From positions 178,029 through 198,028 of the forward strand of contig RSEE01000110.1 in the NCBI GenBank assembly GCA_003971905.1: DNA of 20,000 nt, read 5' to 3'. The position numbers and the translations under genes were made by a program. The notes beneath the pieces were generated by a model. It did not search any database, had not been told where the DNA came from, and saw only the letters and a list, made by a program, of their open reading frames with translations. Below are positions 12,041-20,000 of this stretch, piece after piece (within the stretch, counting starts at the first letter, position 1; every line of letters begins with the position of its first letter). The DNA comes from Moniliella sp. 'wahieum' (Eukaryota).

Positions 12041-13046
12041 TTAACGGCCGCGCCATTTGGCTGCCCGGCTGCGGCGTGCATTGCCAGTGGAGCGTGGAGC
12101 GCTTGCCGTGTTCGGCGCTGAGGACCTGGAGGTGCGCGTGCGGTTGCGCCAGGGCTCGTCTTGCTGCCCGGCCGCTGAAGTCTGCGCCCGCAGAGCATTA
12201 ATGAGCTTGCGCCAATCGTGTGTGGACTCCCAGACGCCAACTAGGGCGCGCGCAGCCAGGTAGGCACATGTTGATACAAGTTGTCCAAGATGATGGGGTA
12301 CGAGTCAGAGCCTAGTAACACGCCGTCTCTTACAACGTGGTCAACCAGTTCTCCCCGGGCAATGAAGCATAATGGTTGCCTCGCGTGAGGTCGATGATGC
12401 GGCGCTCGAGTGCCTGATCCGGCCCAACATACGTGATGAGAGCTCGCTTCAAGTTTGTCCAACACTGGGCCAGGGGCTCTACGCAGGTCATTTCTGCGAG
12501 GTTGCACTTGGGCCCCTTGAAGACGGCGAGAGCGATGACGAAACTTGTGACTGACGCGTGAGAGACCTTTCGCCGCTCGAGACGTTTTTCAAAATCGTAC
12601 ATAACCTGAGCGAGGTCGCATGCTTCCCCCGACCAGGTCGGGAGAGGCTCGTTCTTAAACCTCTCCAGGGCTTCATCATCATAGCCATTTTCGTGCCATT
12701 CGCGCTGCTGGTCTTTCGAAACCGCCTCTGGTTCCAGGAGAAATTTGCGATACGCTCGCAGAAGGCCTTGCTCGCCGACGTTGGTCGGGGCTGGGGCAAC
12801 TGCGGGGGCCGGGGCGACTGCGGGGGCAGGGGCGACTGCTGCCGCTAAGTCGCGGATCAACTTCAAGTGGGGCGGAACAGGCTGTGGGAAGGTGCATTCC
12901 ACGAGAGGTTTGGTTTCGGCCAGCTGGGCCGCGCTGTCGCCCTTGCTTTGGGTGGATGAGCGCGGGGCGATGTGGTTCTGGGCGAGTACCTTCTCGAGAT
13001 AGTCCCTGTCGCAGGTGTTCCATAGAAGAACTTCGTTGTTGACCAT
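12041..13046 (-). CDS. Retrotransposon Gag-like protein (frameshifted near 12390 and 12250)
   Basis: ATG about 110 nt after the 5' LTR. Capsid-like motifs PLPTWSGE and CWTNLKRALITYVGP; (AVAPAP)3 repeat; continuation LYQHVPTWL..ALVGVWESTHDWRKLINALRAQ; Arg-rich tail ending AKWRGR* at 12041. No CCHC knuckle. Confidence 0.62.
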
Positions 13047-13140
13047 CTTGGGAAAAGGGAAAATAGGGTGAAGGGTGAAAGCGGGGGGAGGGGGGGGGGT
13101 GGAAGCGCAAGCCGACGGGGATGGGGTGCAAGCGAGAGAA

Positions 13141-13158
13141 CGCTCACCTCGCTAGATT
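13141..13158 (-). promoter_or_regulatory. Primer-binding site complementary to the element's own 5' LTR (self-priming type)
   Basis: The minus strand after the LTR end CA reads AATCTAGCGAGGTGAGCG. Bases 13141-13151 (cgctcacctcg) are the exact reverse complement of 13240-13250 (cgaggtgagcg) inside the LTR. It does not start with TGG. Confidence 0.65.
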
Positions 13159-13413
13159 TGTGGCGACGCGTGAAGGCTCTGGGCTGGAGACACCTAGTCT
13201 CTAAACCACACTGACGATCAGCGAGTAGTAATCAAGTAACGAGGTGAGCGAGGAGGAAGGGAAGGGGGAAGGAGAGGTGGTGGCGACGAGGACAGTTCGC
13301 GCAGTGGGACAGGGGGTGAGCATACAGCATACAGCCTGCTGCCCCGCAAGGGTCTAGCTTTCACATCGACTAGTCAGGCAAGGCAGCCAGTGGGTGACCC
13401 TGACGTGGCAACC
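13159..13413 (-). repeat. 5' LTR (ends ...GTCGCCACA on the minus strand at 13159)
   Basis: Homologous to 10792-11015 in the same orientation. Its outer end GGTTGCCA differs from the 3' LTR end TGTTGCCA by one base. Confidence 0.72.
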
Positions 13414-15036
13414 GGACGTATCCGCCAATTGGATCGGGCCTGACGCGTCACGTGACGCCGTTGAGTACAGCACTGCCAAAGTACAGCAGCCTTACAGCCG
13501 CTATGATGTGGCAGCGAGGATGCAGAGCTAAATCGCAAAGCACCGTGTTGCCCATATCCTCTCGACCACTTTCCAAGGCGGCGTTCCCACCTGTGCAGAC
13601 CAATTCCACTGTCAATCTCTCAGATCATCCGGCGGTCGATCCATCGAGATGAAGAGAAAAGCGAGCGGCCCTAATACTACCTCGCGATCTACGCGACCGA
13701 TACATGTCTCGTGTTGTGGAAATGAGGCACCACAGAAAAATGCTCATGCACTGAACCAAGTCTTGGCAATGGTTATGCAGTTGGTGGGGGATGCCGCGCG
13801 GGCCGCACTTCCGGCCCCCGATCGCCCTTTGTTGACAGACTTTCACCGTGAACTAGTGCTCGAATAGTGGGGACCGCTCGCATTGCCGAGGGAGCATCAT
13901 TGTCAAACGACAGTGATTGTAACAACAGGTGATGGAGATGGGGGAAAGGATGAGGAACATATTCATCGAGTGGAAAGAGGGCGAAGTATATATGCCTCGG
14001 ATAAGAAGAGAGCATGCGAGCTGAGTGCTGAGCCACACGGAGGAAGATGGGGAGCATTTTGCCAAAGGAGGAGAACAGGGTCTAGAACAAAAGGGACCAC
14101 TAGTAACTTGGTGATCAAACGGTGATCAAGTTGGTCTGATCCCGACCTATTGTCCAGGCGTAGTCGCCTAACCTGTTCCCAAGGCTGTGGTTTCGCAACG
14201 TAATAGATAAAAACAGCCGTGCATCCCATAAAGCGCATCCTGTCTTCATATGGGTATAATCTAGTGACATATACAAGCGAGGTAGTAGTGGGGACTTACT
14301 CCAAGCACTGTATATTATGCGTTCAGCCGATGAGTAAGCTGGCGTTCGGCATGTCCGGCTGTCGCCCACAAACCTCCTGGGATGATGCAATTGAGAAGGG
14401 AAGACATTGTTGTTGGAGGGTTGAGGGCAATGCAGAGCGACAAACCCGCTTGACTCCCAGTTAAGAAAAACGGCGTGGGAACGAAGTGGCGGGGAGGATG
14501 GAAATGCTCAACAGCCCTAGACGTAAGTGATTGAAACCAATTTCAGGCTGGCAATTACTCATCGCCCCTGCCTGACGTGCCATGCTGGAGTTCACCTCCC
14601 TTTCCTACACAGCGAATATCTTGCTCGCCGTCTTGGTGGCAAAGTACCCACGCTTCGTCATAACCAAAGGAAAAACGGTTCTTGGTTGCCTCTTTGGTAC
14701 TTGGCGTTCTTGTCGCACTCTGCTTCTTCCAGCAGCTGTTGATGAAGCAGCTCCTTATCCCAGCGTTCCAAAAGCGTTGCGGTTCTTTCGTACACCACCT
14801 TCCGGTACGCGGCCTTCGCCTCGTTCGTGCCCGAGTCCCGCAGCGTGTGGCCCACCTCCATGCCTGATCCTCCAAATGCTCCAGGCCCCTTCTTAAGTCT
14901 CAATGCTCAGACGCAAAATATAGATGGGTTCAAAGCGGTGTTCATTTTTCACTAATAGTCTCGACCTTGCAAGACTGTTGGGACTCCACTCCTCTCGATG
15001 CTTGCGCAATGCAGACCGGGGTGTGCTGAGAGGCTC

Positions 15037-16447
15037 TCACTGGAGCAACTTGAGGAAAGATTTGCGCAAGTCTTCCTTGAGGTCCTCCACGGCCTCTAGC
15101 CCGACCGACACACGTACCACCCCCCAGTCTTCGCTGGGGTTGACAACGACGCGTTGTTCCATCAGCGACTCCACGCCGCCCAGCGATGTGGCGGGGGTGA
15201 AGAATTCGGTGGTAAATGCGAGGTTATCAGCCACGCTGCGCTTGGTGCAGTGGATGGAGAAGCAGGGCGAATGGCCAGCTTGGATCTGGCCTTGAGAAGG
15301 GTCAAACCCAGGGGATTCAAGCGGGCGGCCAAAGGGCGTCGTGGTCTCCGTCCAGGGCTGGAGCGAAGCATGGAACACCCAATCCACGACCTTGCCATGG
15401 CCCAGAGCTTCGTCCTCAGTAGCCAGCTTGCTCGCACCTTGTGGGGTGAGAGAATACAACCACTGGGCCAACTCTTGTGCCGATGCGGCCTGTTGCCGTA
15501 GTCGGACAGGGAGTGTACGCAACGAGCGCAAGAGCAGGTAGGACTCGAGGTTCCCCGGCACACCACCCATGTCGATTCGATCTTCAAAGAGAGCGTTCCA
15601 GACGGGTTGAGAGCGGGTTACGAGGGCGCCAATCAGACAGTCCGAGTGACCGCCCAAGTACTTTGATGCACTGTGCATCACCATATCAGCGTCCTGCGCA
15701 AAAGGGTTCTGCAAGGGAGGTGGCGCAAAGGTGGAATCAACGACAATATAGCCTCCTGCCTTGTGAGCCTGAAAACCCCGGCATAGTGCGTTGCAAATGT
15801 CAGTCCACAGAGAAAGCCTCAGTAGTACAAAGAACGCGACGCGGGGTGAAATGGACAGGGATAAACGAACCTTATTCGCGTAGCCCTGGATGTCGCGTGC
15901 CTCCCCTGTGGGGTTGAGCGGCGTCTCAACCCACGAGCAGGCCACCACGGAACTGGTCAGTGCCTGGGATGGGACCAGTTTTCGTCGGAAACAGTGGGGT
16001 ATGGACTATCGAGATCGATGACGCTCAGGGAGGGGCAGCCCGAGCGTAGATCTTTAGTGCACCATGCACACCAGGGTATCCCTTGCGAATGGCCACCACA
16101 GAGGGACTGAAATGGGCGATGGCAGCTTGGACAGATGCGAGCCCCGAAGCGTAGAGAAGAGCATGGCTATCGGGCCGTGCAGCCGCCCCAGCACTTGCTC
16201 GGCTCGGTGACGCGTCTCATTGTCGTACCGCGAGTACACGTCGATCTCGCGGCCGTGCCAGTCCACGTCCTCGTACGCCAGGCGCGCACCCAGCTCGGTG
16301 GATGGGTGCGGTGCGCGGAAGGTGTGGAGGTGACAAGAGGCGGGGCCACCGGGCGCCCACACTGGGTCCATGAGGTGGGTGAGGCGCGTGAGCAGGATTG
16401 TCGATGTGGATTAGGGAAGTGGAGAGCCGAGCAGAAGAGATGGACAT
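15037..16447 (-). CDS. Cys/Met metabolism PLP-dependent enzyme (cystathionine gamma-synthase/beta-lyase family, YHR112C-like); intron 15769-15870; indels in the 5' part
   Basis: LSTSLIH, VAPPLVTS.TF, VYSRYDNETRHRAEQVL, ALLYASGLA, WVETPLNPTGEARDI, VVDSTFAPP, PLP-lysine motif HSASKYLGGHSD, LESYLLLRSLRTL, ATSLGGVESLME, VRVSVGLEAVEDLKEDL. Confidence 0.93.
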
Positions 16448-16646
16448 CAGTGTGCTTACGCTGGTACAGGGGGGGGAGAGATGGACACTTGGTAGTGGAA
16501 ATCGGTGTATTTGTACTTGGAATGACTGGTGCTACGCGCTAGGCACAGTCGCAGTGCTGTGTGCTGTTACAGGACGGTTACGACATGATGTGCATGATCT
16601 CTATTTTTACAACACAAAGAGTGTGGCTTCTTGTCTCAACTAAGCC

Positions 16647-16713
16647 CATGATGCATGATGCATGATGCATGATGCATGACGACATGTGGCATGTGACATG
16701 TGACATGTGACAC
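16647..16713. repeat. Compound 7-bp microsatellite (CATGATG)~5 + (CATGTGA)~4
   Basis: Read directly: catgatg x4, catgacg, then catgtgg, catgtga x3. Confidence 0.9.
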
Positions 16714-16767
16714 GAGGACGTGCCATCGGATGAAATTGTGCCGCAACGCTTGGCAGGCTTCGCCTGC

Positions 16768-16866
16768 GACGTCACCCTCCTGCAGGTCAGATACGTCCTC
16801 GACGTCATCCCCTTGAACGTCAGATATGTCGCCGACGTCACCCCCTTGAACGTCAGAAGCGTCGTT
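16768..16866. repeat. 33-bp tandem repeat x3 (acidic 11-aa repeat on the minus strand)
   Basis: Units start at 16768, 16801 and 16834 (gacgtca.cccc.tgaacgtcaga...). Minus-strand translation: NDASDVQGGDV GDISDVQGDDV EDVSDLQEGDV. Confidence 0.85.
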
Positions 16867-17199
16867 GACGTGTCCATGGGGCGACGTATCTGACGAATCT
16901 GATCCTCCTATGCTCGCTCTCCCTGGGTTATTACATTTTATTATACTACTCATTCTAGCACCATCGGATGCTGTGCAATCGTCTTCGAGGGTACTTTTTT
17001 GCATTGCGACGGGTCAATATGGACTTGGGGGCTTACCATTGAGAAGTCTTTAGAATGTATATGCGCCAAATCACTCTTCAGTCTCAAAGTCGTCTGTGCG
17101 GTCGTCGTCCTCGCCCTGTGCCCTCTGTGTCAAAGAGGTTGACTGCAGTGCCTTCGTTGTCCCGTGCATCCTCCTCATCTGTTATTTGTGCTCGGGTTA

Positions 17200-19258
17200 C
17201 TGCGATGTGACGGAGGTGGGTGAGTTGTGCACGGATCGCACGCCAGGCGGTAATACAAATTTCAGGGTTACCTTGCAGAGAAGATGCGTGTCCGCAATGT
17301 CCTCGGAATTCTCCCATGCACTCGTCCAGTCCAGTAGATAGCTTGCGAGGCGAGATGAGCGAAAAAAGTCAGATGACCTGCCGGACGACAACGGGGTGGC
17401 GACGTACTTATGATCGGACAAAGAGACAGTGATGGCACTGAAAATGTCATTGCAAAGCGCTTGCTGTTGGGTAGGGTTAGGGTTAGAGCAAGAGGGTGCA
17501 CAGGCAGATGGGTAGGGAAGTTGTGATGTTGTAAGACACACGTCCCATTTCCATCCGGAAGTCAATGTCGTTCGGTGTGAAGCAACAGAAGCGCTTTTGA
17601 TGCGAATCGGTGAAGTGAGTTATTGTGGCCATATTGCGAGGAGAGCAACGCGTGAAAAGGCGGGCCAGTACGTACTAGGATTCGGATGCGCTCCTTATTG
17701 GCGACAGTGAACTCTTTTGGTGAGAAAGGATGCGAAAGTAGACTGGAAACTTATAACGCACGAAATCAGCCTGAAAGGCTGCAATTGTGCGCCTTCCGTT
17801 GCCTCGATCGATACGGTGCATGCTCTCTGGCAATTGGACGACGTGTTATTTGTTAGTAGATGGTTTAGGGGTTTGGGTTAACGCACCTCATTCAAATAGC
17901 CTTTGTTGAGCGTTACCCGCCTCTGGATCGTTTCGTTGCCTGTTGCGCAGATGCGGTGCATGCTCTCCGGGATCTGAACGATGTGTTATTTGTTAGTAGT
18001 TGGTTTAGAGGTTTGGCTCAACGCACCTCATCATTCAAATAGCTTATGCTGAGCGTTGCCCGCCTCTGGATGATGTTGGATAAGGCACTGTTGATGGTGG
18101 ATCTAGTGGGGGAGGCGCCGAGAGCGGTGGACTCTTGACCACCATCAGCAAACGTGTAGTCTAGCCGACATGCTAATGGATTCGACAATTCTTACCCGTG
18201 GCACTGGAGTGACTTTGTGCGTCGCTTGTGGGATCTTGATCGACATCTGTTCTGGATCATTTGCCTGCGCGCTTTCTTCATCACCGTGATATGCCGGTGT
18301 CTCTCAGGGACCGTCAGGATGCAGGCGGGGGGGATGCCAGATTGGTGGGGGGGGGGGGGACTCGTCCACGTACACAGTTCGTCCATTTCGGTTGCCTGAC
18401 ACCCTAGCTTGTTGTTGACGGTGTGGGTGTTGCGATACTGCTGGGTCCGCGAGAGGTGCTCGCACGAGCATTGCCTGGACGCGCTGTTGCACTTACTATG
18501 GTGGAACGGTGGCGAGGGATGGTGGTGGGGTGTGTGTGGAAAGAGGCAGGACCAGGGGGTCTGGCTGGACACCTCTGACGCCATCGTGATTTGGCGTGCA
18601 GGTAAAAAAAAGGCAGGAGGAAAGGATTACGTCGTTGACGCTGAGATCTGTCGACAGACTCCGGCTGGGTTTGCATAGGGACAACTAAGACGTGGTGGAA
18701 GGCGCGTTCCTGTTGGGAAAAAAACGTGTCGTGCCAGACCAGAACTTTTTCCTTGGTATCTCCGTAGTCGTTCTGGGGCCCAAGTTTGCTGAGTGATTGA
18801 GGAAGCGCGGGTAAAGCGGGTGTCAGTACCCTCTGTAGGATACTCCATGGCAGTGATGATGGCTGCACAAAGCGAACATCCCACAGAAGCGGCGGCAGAA
18901 AAATGTAATTCATCCTGTCAACAACCAATCCAGAGATTTTGTTAGAGATGAGCGTTAGCCACATTCATCCTTGGAACAATACAAAGGGAAGAGAGAGTAG
19001 TGGGCCTACGCAATCCAATTTCAAGTGCCGACGACGGGAGAAAAGTAGGTGAGTGACAGCCCCCCAGAAAAACCAGGCGGTCCAGCAAACCGCAGCAAAA
19101 ATTGTGGTTAGGGGTTACTTTACAAGGGCATACCCACCCCACCCATTCAGGGTTGAGACAACTTTTGACTGGCAGACCACGGGAGTGAGTTAGTTTGAGT
19201 AGTACAAGGTGTGTGGTGTGTGGGGGGTGTCAGGGGTGGTGGTGTGTGTGTCAGGCAT
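17200..19258 (-). other. Intron-dense hypothetical gene or pseudogene with a chromodomain-like segment; boundaries uncertain
   Basis: Serial minus-strand donor/branch/acceptor sets: 18915-19009, 18134-18195, 17974-18059, 17827-17916, 17714-17761, 17594-17675, 17464-17541, 17342-17407, 17200-17271. Five consecutive exons (65, 38, 52, 56, 70 nt) splice into one stop-free frame. Confidence 0.55.
17795..18071. repeat. ~140-bp tandem duplication (2 diverged copies)
   Basis: gatacggtgcatgctctc (17810) vs gatgcggtgcatgctctc (17950); gtgttatttgttagtag, aacgcacctca and cccgcctctggat occur in both copies. Confidence 0.9.
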
Positions 19259-19279
19259 GGTGGTGGGTGAGGGGGTGAG

Positions 19280-19961
19280 GGTTAGGGGGTTGGGTTGGGT
19301 AGGGTTGGGTAGGGTTAGGGATGGGTGGGTGTAACTTGTCAACGGTGCGTCCAATCGAGAAACGGAGGCCATATGCTGCATAGAGCGGACGATTTTATAG
19401 CGAGCTATCGTCGAGGCCATCGGAGTGGGTGTTGTGGGTCGGGTTGGGTAGGGTTAGGGATGGGTGGGTGTAACTTGTCAAGGGTGCGTCCAATCGAGAA
19501 CGGAGGCCATATGCTGCATAGAGCGACGATTTCGTAGCGAGCTATCGTCGAGCCATCGGAGGGTGGGTGTTGTGGGTCGGGTTGGTAGGGTTAGGGATGG
19601 GTGGGTGTAACTTGTCAAGGGTGCTCCAATCGAAAAACGGAGGCCATATGCTGCATAGAGCGGACGATTTCGTAGCGAGCTATCGTCGAGGCCATCGAGG
19701 GTGGGTGTTGTGGGTCGGGTTGGGAGGGTTAGGGATGGGTGGTGTAACTTGTCAAGGGTGCGTCCAATCGAAAACGGAGGCCATATGCTGCATAGAGCGG
19801 ACGATTTCGTAGCGAGCTATCGTCGAGGCCATCGGAGGGTGGGTGTTGTGGGTCGGGTTGGGTAGGGTTAGGGATGGGTGGTGTAACTTGTCAAGGGTGC
19901 GTCCAATCGAGAAACGGAGGGCATATGCTGCATAGAGCGGACGATTTCCTAGCGAGCTATC
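19280..19961 (+). repeat. G-rich tandem satellite, ~137-139-bp unit x ~5, each unit containing GGGTTAGGG
   Basis: gtaacttgtc recurs at 19331, 19470, 19607, 19744 and 19883. Units are nearly identical apart from small indels. The G-tract block is GGGTGGGTGTTGTGGGTCGGGTTGGGTAGGGTTAGGGATGGGTGGGT. Confidence 0.95.
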
Positions 19962-20000
19962 GCCTCGGCATAACTCTCTCCCCCTTCGGGAGCTCGCTAT

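Larger units (their letters stand above)
10792..13413 (-). mobile_element. Non-autonomous Ty3/gypsy-like LTR retroelement (LTR-PBS-gag-integrase-like-PPT-LTR) lacking PR/RT/RH
   Basis: Diverged direct repeats at both ends, Gag-like and rve-like ORFs on the minus strand, a PPT adjacent to the 3' LTR and a PBS adjacent to the 5' LTR. The left boundary is approximate (10792, possibly 10762). No target-site duplication seen. Confidence 0.8.

Noticed and set aside
10780..13425. Target-site duplication flanking the LTR element
   Set aside because: Flanks at either candidate left boundary (ctcat or cgtag) do not match the right flank (ggacg).
19280..19961. CRISPR-like array or tandem hammerhead ribozymes
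   Set aside because: Units are near-identical along their whole length (no unique spacers), the context is eukaryotic, and no CUGANGA core paired with GAAA is found on either strand.
17795..19961. Common origin of the 140-bp duplication and the 139-bp satellite
   Set aside because: The period is similar but only scattered 6-7-mer matches exist (acggtgc, ggacga); no convincing alignment by eye.
19280..20000. A true telomere
   Set aside because: Only one exact TTAGGG per unit and no pure (TTAGGG)n tract within the window.

Overview
Eukaryotic window, most likely a GC-rich basidiomycete fungus (short GT(A/G)CGT...CTAAC/CTGAC...YAG introns, intron-containing tRNAs). The assembly appears error-prone: conserved genes carry scattered 1-2 nt indels. 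Bases 1-10.3 kb are compact housekeeping DNA: tRNA-Ile(AAT), aldo-keto reductase, CPYC glutaredoxin, tRNA-Glu(CTC), a TMEM16/Ist2 anoctamin, APN2, and head-to-head with APN2 the mRNA cap N7-methyltransferase ABD1. Bases 10.8-13.4 kb hold a 2.6-kb minus-strand Ty3/gypsy-like LTR element. It has Gag plus an integrase-like ORF with a degenerate DDE triad, no protease/RT/RNase H, two very diverged LTRs, and a PBS complementary to its own 5' LTR (Tf1-type self-priming). Bases 15.0-16.4 kb encode a Cys/Met-metabolism PLP enzyme. Bases 16.6-20 kb look accessory or subtelomeric: an intron-dense minus-strand gene invisible in the ORF track, whose spliced exons give a chromodomain-like motif, and upstream of it a ~139-bp G-rich, TTAGGG-containing tandem array that may invert at the window edge.
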